A stretch of DNA of 63,549 nt, counting the filler, from Octopus bimaculoides (Eukaryota), in NCBI RefSeq assembly GCF_001194135.2. It is 8 parts of 8 records of this genome, joined end to end, with 100 filler letters (N's around TTAATTAATTAA, not from the genome) between each part and the next. Parts side by side here need not be neighbours in the genome. Positions count along the whole stretch, not along the records: positions 1 to 17,124 come from NC_068988.1; positions 17,225 to 19,414 come from NC_068997.1; positions 19,515 to 45,180 come from NC_068993.1; 5 more parts are not named here. One strand, written 5' to 3'. Under the pieces are notes generated by a model, which was given only the letters and a program-made list of their open reading frames with translations, was not told the origin of the DNA and made no database searches. The position numbers were made by a program, and so were the translations under genes. Each line of letters opens with the position of its first letter. Position 1 is the stretch's first letter. Below, piece after piece: positions 13,936-27,375 of this stretch.

Positions 13936-16648
13936 TACATGCGTGTATGCATATAAATTCTACATAGTTTGTATCAAAATGCATTCTGGATTATTTGTTT
14001 CAATAAACCACCCCGGTTATATATATATACATATATATATATATATACATACCTACACTCATATATATATATGTGTGTGTTTGTATGTATGCATGTATGT
14101 ATGTTGTTAGTTAGATAGATAGATAGATATTGCCTGCCAATGTATTTTTGTAAATGCGATGGTAAAATTTGCTTTTGGATATTTGTATGTATGTTCTTGG
14201 GTAGGATTTTTGCTTAAATTCAAACAAGATTTTCAATTTTAAAGATTATTATTATCTTCGTGTTTATCAGCATTTTGATAGTTTATTTTCATATATGGAT
14301 TTGACCTTGCAGCGAAATCTTTACATAATGTATACATCGTCTTTTGTTAAACACAATAATGTATATACATTTGAATGGCCTTTAAGACACGGTGATGTTC
14401 AAATTTGGCGTTGTTTATGGAGGGTTTTTCATATTTTTATCTTTGTCATTTATGTTCGTTCTCGAACGTTAGCACTCCTAAATCCATTAACATTGGAAAG
14501 CAATTTTATCTCTATCCACAGAATAAAATTATTGTAAAATGGCGTGTTTTCGCGTGCTTTGCGTTGGATCGCAAAGAACCATGCATGTATGGTGAATCTT
14601 TTATTTCAAAAGCAAATTTTAAAATTATTGAATGGTTAACTCTCCTGGTCTTCCAAATTAAAGTTGTGTGTTTTATCTATGTTCATTTTGGCTTATATAT
14701 TACTATTAGCAAGGCGTTAATGCATACTTTACCATTTTGTGTAGCATTCTATATAGAATTGTAATGTTTTCATTTATTGTTTTTCTATGATTTAGATTCG
14801 TGTACTGTATTGTCATATTACTATGCCTCGTTATTGAAAATGCTCGGGTAAATGACGATTTAATGTTGTCCTTGATTCATGCAGGTTGTGACATTTGTAC
14901 TTGCAATAGAATTTATACATCGCATTATTAGTTTCAGCTGGCAGAATCGTTAGCACGGCGAACAAAATTCTTTGCGTCATTTCGTTCAAATTCCACTGAA
15001 CCCGGAGCCATTTTGTTGGGAAGCAAGATTCTTACCACACAGTGACGCCTGTGACTATGTTATTGTAATATAGTCTTTGACTGTATGGTGAACTGGGTTC
15101 TTTGGATTGTGTTTCTCTATTCTGTAAACAGGGTGCATATCTTTCCCGAAATAAACTAAATATTCGAGAATATTACTGAAATTTAAAACGGCTTTCTTTA
15201 TTTAATACTCAACTGTTGTGATAACTATGAATATAGAAGTGTTGTGTTGCACATACGCTTCTGAGTACAGTGACAAAAGTTCGGGTTAGTGTTTTTAGAA
15301 AATTAAAAATAATTAAGAGAAATGTACTTTGTAGCCTCTCAGGTGACGACATTTATTTGTTGTGGATTATATGAGATTTGTCGTTTAATAGTTTACAGCT
15401 TTCTGCTTTTTCAAGCTGCATTCATCTTCTAAGTAATGAAATCTATTGTTAACATTTAACGTACATACCTACCTAGTGTTTCTGTCTTGCCTCACTAATA
15501 TATAATAAAGTTGCACTGTTGTGCTTTGCATAAGTAAATCTGTTGTACTTGTGCAACAGCCATCTTTTGGCATGCAGCTGCATTTCAAATAAATCATGTT
15601 AAAAATATCTTTGTGTATTAAAGCGTACTTTACGACTTACTATCTCTGACATATATACATTTCTATATAAATAAGCGACTTGATTACACGTTCAAAGATT
15701 ACTACTTTCACCTTCAGTAAACACTTCTGTTTAAATGTAACAGTTTTTATTAATATTTGTTTCTTTTTTTAGGTATACACATACTCCATGAAGAAATTTC
15801 TTTTTCAATCTTACGTCGTACAGTCTATAGAAAATGTTTCATAGCTGCTATTTACTACATAGGAAATAAAAACTGCCAAGACTGTATTGCAAATGAGTTA
15901 CGTTAAATGTGACAAGAAACCTATGATCACGTTATAATTTTTTAAGTCTCTAACTTAAAGTACACTTTAAATCTCTAACTCAAGATACACTTTAACATGT
16001 TTGAGATGGTGTGTAAAAATTATAAACTGACAAACTATAACACGTAAAAAGGACCAAAAAATAAAAAAAATATAAACAAAACACAAACTAATCATCGTCA
16101 ATATACAACTTAACCTTCCACAATACTTAGCTTCTCGGTGGACTATTTGTTACACTTAACTTTCATCTTTGTATGAATTATCAACATTATCTTGATAATC
16201 TATTAATTCTTATTCGTTAAGATTGTGCATTTCTTAGAAGTCGCTTCGTCAGTGTTTGTAATTCATTGTACGTATGTATCAAAGATTATTCTGCTGTATT
16301 TATTTCTGTATTCCATATAGTGGATTTAAATTTTCCGACTATTAAACTAATGTGTAGTTAATGACAATTAATTACTCAGACAAGTATTAATATAAATCTT
16401 CTTACGTTAATAATATTGTTAATCTTAATATAATGTATTTATCCGGTCAACTAGTAAAAATGAAATTGTATCGAAATCATTTATTCCGTTTACACGCTGG
16501 ACAGAATCTTTGATTTCATTATAAAGTATTATATAATTTCTGTAAACCATTACCAGTTTGCAGACTTTCATCGTTTCTTCACCATGCATATAGTGTAACT
16601 AGGTGCACATTTTTAGATTAACAAAAGATTGTAACAGTTCAAACATGA

Positions 16649-16700
<52 letters not shown>

Positions 16701-16847
16701 ATGTATATATATATATATATATATGTGTGTGTATGTATGTATATATATATATAGGTATATATATATGTGTATGTATGTATATATATATACACATATAATA
16801 TATATATATATGTGTATGCATATATATATACACATATAATACATATA

Positions 16848-16895
<48 letters not shown>

Positions 16896-17081
16896 TATAT
16901 ATGTGTGTGCATGTATGTATGTATACTCGACTTTTATTATTTAGGAGCACAAGTTTGAAAATATGCTAAGTCTGTACTGCAAACATAGTTTATCAATATT
17001 TTTAGTCGATTACTTTGTTTCTTACTTAGTGTCTAACAAATAATTTACTGAATCGATGTTAGACACCAAAGAATGACACAA

Positions 17082-17124
<43 letters not shown>

Positions 17125-17234
17125 NNNNNNNNNNNNNNNNNNNNNNNNNNNNNNNNNNNNNNNNNNNNTTAATTAATTAANNNNNNNNNNNNNNNNNNNN
17201 NNNNNNNNNNNNNNNNNNNNNNNNCATTAATTAG

Positions 17235-17267
<33 letters not shown>

Positions 17268-17923
17268 TTAGCTATATATATATATATAAATGCAAACAAG
17301 CGTATATAAAGAAAGACACACACACCTATGCATATGCACAGATACATGTATCACTGTCTATTAATACTATATAAACAGGTTACTTAATTGTCCATTACTC
17401 TACAGTTTCTCCAATAAAGGCTCTTCAGATAATACATTTAGTTTTATTTATGTCATCATTAATAACAATGGAACAATCCTGTCATATTAAAAATGTCAAT
17501 ATAAAGAGAACTAGTGTACCATTCAATAAACATTTATTGGTAAAAATATTGAGCAAGAAGCTATTAACTAAAATATTTATACTATATTAATTCATATATT
17601 CAATCTACATGAGTATATAGTTCTTCTGTACTTTTCTATTTTACTATAGGTTAATAAACATTAATGTATACATACCTACATAAACATATATATATATATA
17701 TATATGTTTTTATGCTGACTTATGATAAAAACAATTTTAGATTAAACTGAAAGAATACTTAATAACTATTGGAAAAAACATATTTATATTCTTGTTATTT
17801 CATATGAATAGTTTTGACAGTAACTTCATTGTACATTGAATACTAAGCAGGTTGAAATTTCAAAATCCTTGTTAACATTATTCTTGTAAAAGGTTTATAT
17901 ACGTACACACACACACACACACA

Positions 17924-18088
17924 CATCATCATCATCATCATCATCATCATCGTTTAACGTCCGCTTTCCATGCTAGCATGGGTTGGACGATTTGACTGAG
18001 GACTGGTGAAACAGGATGGCAACACCAGGCTCCAATCTAATTTGGCAGAGTTTCTACAGCTGGATGCCGTTCCTAACGCCAACCACTC
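17924..18088 (-). mobile_element. SINE or RTE-type 3' tail ending in (GAT)n
   Basis: Reverse complement of ..ccaacccatgctagcatggaaagcggacgttaaacgatgatgatg. Homologous to 59090-59180 and 60958-61137 on the + strand. Confidence 0.75.
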
Positions 18089-18100
18089 AATATATATATA

Positions 18101-18284
18101 TTCTTTTATTTGTTTCAGTCATTTGAATGTGGCCATGCTGGAGCACCACCTTTTCATTGAATAAATTGACATCAGGACTTCTTATTCTATCAGTCGCTTT
18201 TGCCGAACTACTAAGTTATGGGTATGTAAACACACCAGCATCGGTTGTCAAGTGATGGTGTGGGGGACAAACACAGACACACAA

Positions 18285-18327
<43 letters not shown>

Positions 18328-18494
18328 CATACATATTCAACGGGCTTCTTTCAGTTTCCGTCTGCCAAATCCACTCACAAGGATTTGGTTGGCCTGAGAC
18401 TATAGTAGAAGATACTTGCCCAAGGTTCCACGCAGTGGGACTGAACCCAGAACCACGTGGCTTGTAAGCAAGCTACTTACCACACTGCCAGTCC
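18101..18494 (-). mobile_element. Composite SINE, same family as 50252-50682
   Basis: Reverse-complement match to head, (CA)n spacer and tail. Confidence 0.85.
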
Positions 18495-19372
18495 TGCACC
18501 TATATATATATATATATAAAACATATTATTGTTATATTTATATATAAAACAATATATTATTATCATTATTATTATTATTATTGTTGTTGTTGTTATTATT
18601 ATAGCTATTTTACTTTTAATCTGTCTTTTGTTACTGTCACTTGGTGAGACACACCCAGCATCCTGGGTTACAATATGGGTGAAAGTTTGGGGCAGAACAG
18701 ACATATGAAACTGGAGAGTGAATGATATGGAAATGAAAGAAACTAGGCTAAGTTGAAGCAATGAGGATGATTATGGGCGGGGGTGGTCTTGAAATAAGCA
18801 ACTGATGTTCTGAAAATTCACTCTTTTATGGTGGAGACCTTATGGTTCAAATTTTCAATACTTAGATACATTTTGATTGGTCAAAGATGGTCGTGACATC
18901 AGAAAAAGAATTTTAGTTGTTCTCCATGATGCTCTTGTATTAATCAACCTTTACAATGCATTCAGAGAGAGAGGGTAAAAGAGAGATAGAGAAAGAGACA
19001 ATGTAAGAGTTGCAGGATGAGTGCACATACTATGCTTGGTGGCAGGAGGAGGAAAATGAGGAATTAACAGAGTAGATTCTGTAAGAGTTTTACAAATGAG
19101 AAATCTGTTTGATTGTATTTTAATGTAAGAAACATTTTACTTGAAGAAAATTAGTATTCATTTCATTATTGTGTATAAAGACCAAGAAATCTGATAAAAG
19201 TTTAATTAAATTTATTGTATGTATGTCGTTATTCCTGGCATAACACACTGTGACAAAAATATACTTCCAAAATTACCCATCATATGGCAGGTAACACTCT
19301 AGTATATACATTTATAAGAGTACGTATGTATACACACACATTTATATATATGTGCATACATATACATATATT

Positions 19373-19414
<42 letters not shown>

Positions 19415-19514
19415 NNNNNNNNNNNNNNNNNNNNNNNNNNNNNNNNNNNNNNNNNNNNTTAATTAATTAANNNNNNNNNNNNNNNNNNNNNNNNNNNNNN
19501 NNNNNNNNNNNNNN

Positions 19515-19652
19515 AGAACTCCTGTTCGGATGGGTTTGAGTGAGTATCCTGCTTCTTTTGTGGCTGCAGTGGCTGCCGCATATATTATGTCATTTAACTC
19601 AGTGATATTGCCTGTTGTTTCTGTGGTTGTTAGTTCCGTGACGGCCAGGTTT
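19515..19652 (-). mobile_element. Second R4/Dong-like copy, N-terminal ORF fragment cut by a gap
   Basis: Open minus-strand frame NLAVTELTTTETTGNITELNDIIYAAATAATKEAGYSLK resembles the R4/Dong N-terminal motif (TxITExNxLIYAAA). Starts right after the (TAA)n run. Confidence 0.6.
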
Positions 19653-19656
19653 ATGC

Positions 19657-19668
19657 TATTATTATTAC

Positions 19669-19730
<62 letters not shown>
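19657..19730. repeat. (ATT)n/(TAA)n array at the 3' flank of the Dong-like element
   Basis: Direct reading. Confidence 0.95.
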
Positions 19731-19731
<1 letters not shown>

Positions 19732-19732
19732 T

Positions 19733-21830
19733 ACCTTTTCACAGCTTCTAAAGCTGGAGATGCACTACGGTGTCAGATGTTCATTACCCGTGAACTAAGG
19801 TAACACCTCTTACTTTTCGAGCGCTTCCAAGCAGTGTGGTTTTCGGCTAGTGCTTCACACTTATTGCAGCCACTATTTGTTCTATGTACTTCTGAAGATT
19901 TTTACTCACTGTTCCCAGGGTTCCGACAATTAATAGTACCTTTTTCATCAACCACAACTACTTGACCTCCGAAGCTAACCTGTCATATCTATCGACGTTT
20001 CTTTCTTCCTTATCGCATACCTTGTCAGCTAGGCATGCTATATCTATGATCCAGCATAGTTTGCTTTCTTTTTCAATTAAGACTATGTCTGGCTTTCTAT
20101 TCTCTATCTCATGGTCGCACTGAATCATAAAATCCCATAGGATCTTTGCATTATTATTTTCCATGTTTCGGGTTTTTGGTCGTACCAACATTTTGCTCTG
20201 TCAAGTCCATACTTGTTGCAAAATGTTCAATGGACAAACTTGGCTATATTGTCGTGGAGTCTCTTATATTCCTTCTTGGCTAGTGGCTTACATTCGCTGA
20301 TAATATGCCATAGGGTTTTACCGTTTTGTCCTCAGATTCCACACTAATCTCTTTCTGTTGTGTTGTCTATTCTGTATTTTATATAGTGTGTTCTTAGTGG
20401 TTGCTCTTGGACAGCACAGATTAGAGCCTCCCTTTCCGGTTTTAAATCACTTTTAGTCATCCACAGCCATCTTTTTTCTCTGTCTTATCTTCAACATCCC
20501 TATGCAATTAACCATGGATTCCTTTCTTTGCCCACCTATTTTCAGTTTCATTCGTTTTCAATTGCTTGTACAGTGCGTTGTCTTTGCAGTCTTTCATCAT
20601 ATACAAGCCTGACTTTCTTACTTCTAATAATAGCGGTTCTGTAGCATTTTTACATGACATGCTCTGTTTTTTTCTCTGCTCTAATGCTGTGTTCGCATCC
20701 AATCAATACCCTTCTCCCTCTTTTTCTTGGTGCATACAGTCTGTCTGTGTCACTTTTTGGCTGGACTTCTTCAGTTTCCCTTTCTGGAAAGTGGCCTTCG
20801 AACAAAATTCCGTCTGAATGACATCACTGAATGCTTTCACAGTACGTAGTAGTCCTTCAAGCTCATTGTCGTCGTTACCATAGAATTTTAACTCATCTAT
20901 ATAAAATAGATTACTTATATCCATATCCTGTTCTGTTTATATCCGTTGGTAAGGGATATTAGGGCTATGCAGAAAATTAAATGTGAAATTTTCACCTTGG
21001 AAAATGCCACAGCTGATATTAATATTATTTGTGGTCAGTACTCCATTAGAGTGATATAATTAGAGATTCGTTTTCCCCATTGATCTGTTATGCTTCAGGA
21101 AGTTTGAAATGACAAGAGAAATGTTGAAGATAACCAGCGATTTCAAGATCCATAAATGCAGTATGCTGTTGAAGGCTTTTTTATAATCAATCTATGCAGC
21201 ACTGAGATTTCTGCGTTTGTAATGACAGTTCTCAAGGATCTTGTGATTGATTAAGTGTTGGTCTTTGCATCCATTGAGCCTTGTCGGCACCTTTTTGTTC
21301 AATGGGGAAAATATCGTTCTGTTTCATAAATTTGTATGTTTCCCCCACGGGGATGGATGTTGAAATTTTATACATGGAAATTAGATATGTTATGTGCCAA
21401 TAGTTTTGGAAAGATTTGGTTTCATTATTCTTCGGGAGTAGGTAATTAATACCTCTTTGCTAACGAATGAGGTGTTTTCGTAGGATCTCTAATAATTTCA
21501 TTGAATAAGTGGACTAACTTTTTGTGTTCGCGCGAGAGCGAGGTGAGCGATAACTTTGGTGCCCTATCATCACCAGGTGAATTTCACTTATGGGCCTTCG
21601 TGAGTGTCATCCTTAGCTATGCTATTGTGATGTCTTGCCTTGCATGTTCTTGTAAGTTTTGGTAGGATACGTATGTGCATCAAACGCAGTCTGTATTTCC
21701 ATTGTAAATCTTTTCATCACTCCAGATATTTTTCCAAAAGTTTTTAACTTCTTCCATGGCAGTGGGGTCTTGGACGGATATTTTCTCCTTCCTAATTTTT
21801 CTGTAGAATATTTTCGAATTGGATGTGAAT
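19733..21830 (-). mobile_element. R4/Dong-clade non-LTR retrotransposon (RT plus RLE endonuclease), truncated and decayed
   Basis: RT YIDELKFYG (YMDDLK), W..KGIHG, zinc knuckle CGI*GQNGKTLWHIISECKPLAKKEYKRLHDNIA, RLE KILWDFMIQCDHEIENRKPDIVLIEKESKLCWIIDIA. (ATT)n arrays on both sides. Confidence 0.88.
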
Positions 21831-21832
21831 AT

Positions 21833-21833
21833 A

Positions 21834-21926
<93 letters not shown>
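21833..21926. repeat. (ATT)n/(TAA)n array at the 5' flank of the Dong-like element
   Basis: Direct reading. Confidence 0.95.
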
Positions 21927-23984
21927 TCCTCATATTTAGCTCATATTNNNNNNNNNNNNNNNNNNNNNNNNNNNNNNNNNNNNNNNNNNNNNNNNNNNNN
22001 NNNNNNNNNNNNNNNNNNNNNNNNNNNNNNNNNNNNNNNNNNNNNNNNNNNNNNNNNNNNNNNNNNNNNNNNNNNNNNNNNNNNNNNNNNNNNNNNNNNN
22101 NNNNNNNNNNNNNNNNNNNNNNNNNNNNNNNNNNNNNNNNNNNNNNNNNNNNNNNNNNNNNNNNNNNNNNNNNNNNNNNNNNNNNNNNNNNNNNNNNNNN
22201 NNNNNNNNNNNNNNNNNNNNNNNNNNNNNNNNNNNNNNNNNNNNNNNNNNNNNNNNNNNNNNNNNNNNNNNNNNNNNNNNNNNNNNNNNNNNNNNNNNNN
22301 NNNNNNNNNNNNNNNNNNNNNNNNNNNNNNNNNNNNNNNNNNNNNNNNNNNNNNNNNNNNNNNNNNNNNNNNNNNNNNNNNNNNNNNNNNNNNNNNNNNN
22401 NNNNNNNNNNNNNNNNNNNNNNNNNGATACGAATCGTTTCATGGTTAAGTGAATGGAAATTTCACTATTCCAATCTTCAGCCCAAATATTCAGATAAATT
22501 TGAAAGTGTCTCTAAAAAAAATTCACGGTAATCTTTGGCCATGCGACACCAAAAATCAACGATAAGAAAGGCACTTACGAATTCATGTAGTTTGGAATTA
22601 GTAGTTCTTTGACTGCTATTTCTAAATTTTCAGTATGTTGGAGAAGCAACTCAATTGCTAATCCCTGTATATTTATAATGATAAATAGTTTTACCGATAA
22701 AGGTTTTTTTCATACTGAACTACTTGGCAAAATTGTTAATTATTAATTCTATTATTAATTGACGATTCTCTTAAAACTCGAAAACTGAACTCTTGATAAC
22801 TTCTCAACGCTGCAACCGATTTTGTCATTCTACGAAAATTATGCAAAGTGGTTTGGTTTTTTCTTACGGCAGCCATGTTACGTGGTAACTGCGAAAAGCA
22901 GTGGAAGAAATGGATTTTATGTTGAACTTGTAAATTAAACCTTTAATAACTTCTTTTCGTTGCAACCGATTTACTTCAACTTTGGTAGGAACATTACCTT
23001 TGATCAAAGTATTCCTTATAACTATTCTTTGTCAATGTCGTTTGTGCTCACGAAGAACATTTCTATAAAAATTGTATGAACATGTTTAATTCAAAACGTT
23101 CTAAATAAGTGGTTTAAACTGGCTTTTGGTCTACACTTTCTAGCGATTACAGTCAGTTTGCACCAGATTCAAATGAAACACTCCTACTTATTTCAATATT
23201 TTTACTTTTTTACTTTAAAATTCTGTTTTTACTGAGACGCATCGTTTTTTAAATAATCCATAACAAACTACACGGTGTGAAACATATTTAATAATGCTGT
23301 TTTAAAGACAGCTCGCGAAGTTTCTTCAACTTATTTAACTGGACACAGTATTTTGTCACTGCAATTAAATCACATGTGCATTTTTCAGGGTTTAATCAAA
23401 TTTGTATGCACTATAGATTTTTCAGCATGCAAGTTGTGTTAGAAAAATCAATACTTATTAGTTCATAAATGCATACAGGCAATACGAGTAAGAAAATAAC
23501 GTTAAGCTCAGTTGCAGAATTTGCACTTTCTTGGTAAGCAATTGATATTGCATTCTATTTTTTTAATCGGCCTTTAAATTCTACCAATAAAATCTGGCAT
23601 AAGTTACAGGATTACAACTAAACTTAAATAGCCCAAACCTATACATCTTATCCTATTTTACCTTTCATTTCAGTTTTTTACCTAAATATTATTTTCAAAG
23701 TCATAATAAACATTGTTTGGCCTAGAAGTAGTATTTATAGACAAGCTTGCCACTAATTTAAACCATTTCATTACATAGCCCTTTTACATCTAACCTCTTT
23801 TGTAATTATTGTCAAAAATATATACTTAAACAACCTAATATACTAAATACTGCATTAGCTATGCTTCGGTTCCCATGTAATGATGGAATGCATAAGGCGT
23901 AAAAATCTATTTGTCACCATTGACGTATAAGATTTCTTTTTTCACTTTTTCGTCGATTCAAAGATATTCAATAACCATGACTCG

Positions 23985-24155
23985 ACGATGTATATCTTAA
24001 ATCAGGCGCAACACTGTGCCAATTTCAAAATTAATGAAACATCAGAACAAGCTAATAGTAGGTTAACCCAAAATGCTTTGAGAAGAGCTTTTGCAAGAAC
24101 AATGGCTACCGATGAACAACGTTTGATACGGCAAAAAACGAAATGCTGCAGGAGC
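23985..24155 (+). mobile_element. Helitron-like N-terminal peptide remnant
   Basis: ANFKINETSEQANSRLTQNALRRAFARTMATDEQRLIRQ resembles the ETxEQ..RL repeats at Helitron Rep/Hel N-termini. No Rep or helicase motif seen. Confidence 0.35.
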
Positions 24156-24483
24156 ATATATATATAGATATATATATATATATATATATATANNNNNNNN
24201 NNNNNNNNNNNNNNNNNNNNNNNNNNNNNNNNNNNNNNNNNNNNNNNNNNNNNNNNNNNNNNNNNNNNNNNNNNNNNNNNNNNNNNNNNNNNNNNNNNNN
24301 NNNNNNNNNNNNNNNNNNNNNNNNNNNNNNNNNNNNNNNNNNNNNNNNNNNNNNNNNNNNNNNNNNNNNNNNNNNNNNNNNNNNNNNNNNNNNNNNNNNN
24401 NNNNNNNNNNNNNNNNNNNNNNNNNNNNNNNNNNNNNNNNNNNNNNNNNNNNNNNNNNNNATCAACTGATTATTAAACAAAGT

Positions 24484-24819
24484 TCAATATTTCTCTAGCC
24501 ATCGCTCATCGTCTCTTTTTAACCAAATCCAGTGGCTAGCCTTCTCCACTGTAGTTTGGATATCGGTAATGGTGGTATTTACCTTACGATGAGTTAGGCC
24601 TAACGATAACAGCAGTCGTTTCACACTGTTTCCTACAAATCCTCTACATCCGATTTCGATTGGAAAATGCTCCGCTTTCCAGCCTGCGTCTTCACATTTC
24701 TCGAGGAGGTTTTCATAACGGTCCATCTTTCGAGCCCGCGCGGTGTCCATATTATCTTCATGTGGAACCGTTAACTCAACTAGATTTACAACTTTTCTTC
24801 TTTCACACCACATTAAAAT
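24484..24819 (-). mobile_element. HERO/NeSL-like non-LTR element, RLE domain C-terminus, 5'-truncated
   Basis: Stop-free ILMWCERRKVVNLVELTVPHEDNMDTARARKMDRYENL..GWKAEHFPIEIGCRGFVG..EKASHWIWLKR*, with the ELTVP-E and EIGCRG motifs typical of HERO-type RLE. Confidence 0.75.
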
Positions 24820-24946
24820 ACTACAATGCAATAGTATTATTTTCCAGCGAAATAAAGCACTGTAAATTATTAATAGGATATAGTGGCAGAACAAGGTAAC
24901 AAGAGACCCAAACTCGAGCGCTAGGATGTCCATTTTTAAATATATA

Positions 24947-26065
24947 CAGGGGTTGGACGAAATAATGGAAATACTTTAAATTTTACATAGGTTTATTTTC
25001 ATAAGGGGTAGGACCGCCTTTGGCAGTAATTACGGCTCCAGTTCTACGAGGTATGGACTGGTAGCAAGTTTGAATTATTTGCAAAGGAATTTTTGTCTCC
25101 AGTTCTTGTAGTGATGATGGTGGAGTATATCGACTCCTTATTTCTTTCAAGATAAGAAGTTCAACTTTACTAGAATGTACCTCGTGCCATTCAGTAACAA
25201 TTTTAGCTGTGCGAATTGGTGCATTATCATCCTGAAAGATTGCGTTACCCTCGGGAAACAGTTCTGCAACTTTAGGATGAATTTCATGAGATAAAATGCT
25301 TAAATAGTGTTGTCTATTAATTCTGCCATGGCGGGAAAACATTGGGCCAGCCGATTTGCATGACATAGCCTCCCACCACGCATCATCACAGATCCTCCTC
25401 TATGTTTAACAGTTGTAAGCAGGCGGTCTGGGTCAAACGCTTCTTTTGGCTGTCTCCACATGTCTACTCGGCCGGTGGTCGGAAATAACATTCTTCCACT
25501 GCTCTAGGGACTAATTATGTAGGGTTTCACTCCACTCTAAACGCTTTGCAATATTTGTTTTTGAAAGTAGTGGCTTTCTGATGCAACCCTCCGGTGAAAT
25601 CCGTCTTTGTGCAGCTTCTGGCAAACAGAGTTTGTGGAAATTGTGTTCTCGAGATGGTCATTAATCTCTGCAGTAATTTTGGGAGCTGTATCCCTATCTG
25701 AAAGTTTTGGTTTTCTTCCGGAGTTTTGTTTCGACGAGGAGGTTTTCCCTCTTTCACAAAGGCTGTCATTACTTTCGAGACATCAAACATTTCGGCTGTT
25801 TTCATTACCCTAGCGCCTGCCATACGAGCACTAACAATTTGACCTCTTTGAAAATCCGATAGATCTGTCATTTTAATGAATTTTAATTACCTTTTTCTGA
25901 TGATATTTGAAAAGAAACAGCAATTTTAGCAAAACATATTAAACAACCCTAATAATAAATCAAAAAACAAAAAAAATAAATAAACAAGCTTTTGACGCTT
26001 ATATAGATAGTTCAAAATTATGATGCTATGATGCTAGGTGTTTCCGGTATTTTGTAGAACCCCTG
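24947..26065 (-). mobile_element. Tc1-family DNA transposon with both TIRs, defective
   Basis: TA|CAGGGGTTGGACGAAATAATGGAAA ... TTTCCGGTATTTTGTAGAACCCCTG|TA. Transposase pieces MTDLSDFQRGQIV, TVKHRGGSVM, IFQDDNAPI, GGPTPY. Frameshifts; the SPDLNxIE motif is absent. Confidence 0.92.
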
Positions 26066-26404
26066 TATGTATAACACAAACAAATGACAGATATTATAAA
26101 TACTATTGACACTTCAACATAATTTATATCAAAGCAAAAAGCACATTTTACAAATGGCTTCCTTAGAAAGAAATGGATGACAATGTCCTGCTGGTAGCAT
26201 TTGCATTTGTCGAAACCTATTTAAAATGTAAGCCGTGATTTTGCTGTGTGAAAACCCGGCTGCATTTTATTTCAACTTTATAGCTTTTAATCTTTTTATT
26301 CTTAATAATTTGAAATAATCTATATCACCAATCATATCATTGCGGTACTATCTACACACAAACACACGTATATAGTTTTATGTGTGTGTGTGTGTGTGTG
26401 TGTG

Positions 26405-26600
26405 TATTATTTTATTCCTTTATTCTTTTACCTGTTTCAGTCATTTGACTGCGGCACCTTTAGTCGAACCAAACGACCCCAGAAGTTATTCTGTGTAAGT
26501 ATAGTACTTATTCAATCAGTCTGTTTTACCGAACTGCTAGTTTACAGAAACATAAATACATCAGCGTCGGTTGTCAAGCGATGGTGGGGATTTAATTTGC
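26405..26600 (-). mobile_element. Tail module of the composite SINE
   Basis: tgtttcagtcatttgactgcggcacctttagtcgaacc...tcggttgtcaagcgatggtggggg. Confidence 0.75.
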
Positions 26601-27279
26601 TTTGTGGCAGCAACTGTTTTATCGAAAGCGTATATTGTTGTTAAATGCACGAAATACGAAACTAGAAAAACAGTCAACAACTGATGAAGACTCATTCTTT
26701 ATGTTGTTTGATTTGTCTTCCATTTGTGTCTTTCGGGGTTCGAAAGAATGAAAGAATAGTTCATGTTCCATGTACTCACTTTTCGTATTTTTTGTTGTAC
26801 ACGTTTCATGACGCCCTGTGAATACATATGCTTTTATATATACGTATATATGCAAGTATGTACCTATACGTATGTATATATGCATATATATATATATATT
26901 ATATTATATTATATTATATTATATTATATATAATCATATATATNNNNNNNNNNNNNNNNNNNNNNNNNNNNNNNNNNNNNNNNNNNNNNNNNNNNNNNNN
27001 NNNNNNNNNNNNNNNNNNNNNNNNNNNNNNNNNNNNNNNNNNNNNNNNNNNNNNNNNNNNNNNNNNNNNNNNNNNNNNNNNNNNNNNNNNNNNNNNNNNN
27101 NNNNNNNNNNNNNNNNNNNNNNNNNNNNNNNNNNNNNNNNNNNNNNNNNNNNNNNNNNNNNNNNNNNNNNNNNNNATATATATATATATATATATACAAA
27201 AATAAGAGGAATGACCAGCAAAAGTGGACTCCTATATGCTAGAAATAGATGCCGAATCATCTAACCACGAAAAAATATG

Positions 27280-27375
27280 TCAATGGATTTGGTAGACGAA
27301 ACTGAAAGACGCCCGTCGTATATATGTATACATATATATGTATGAGTGTGGGTATGTGTCTATGTTTGTCCCCCT
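27280..27375 (+). mobile_element. Partial composite SINE (end of head, microsatellite, start of tail)
   Basis: tggatttggtagacgaaactgaaagacgcccgtcgtatatatg...tgtttgtcccc. Confidence 0.65.

Noticed and set aside
17169-17180. Recurrent palindrome TTAATTAATTAA as a biological motif or CRISPR-like repeat
   Set aside because: Always centred in exactly 44+44 Ns; assembly linker.
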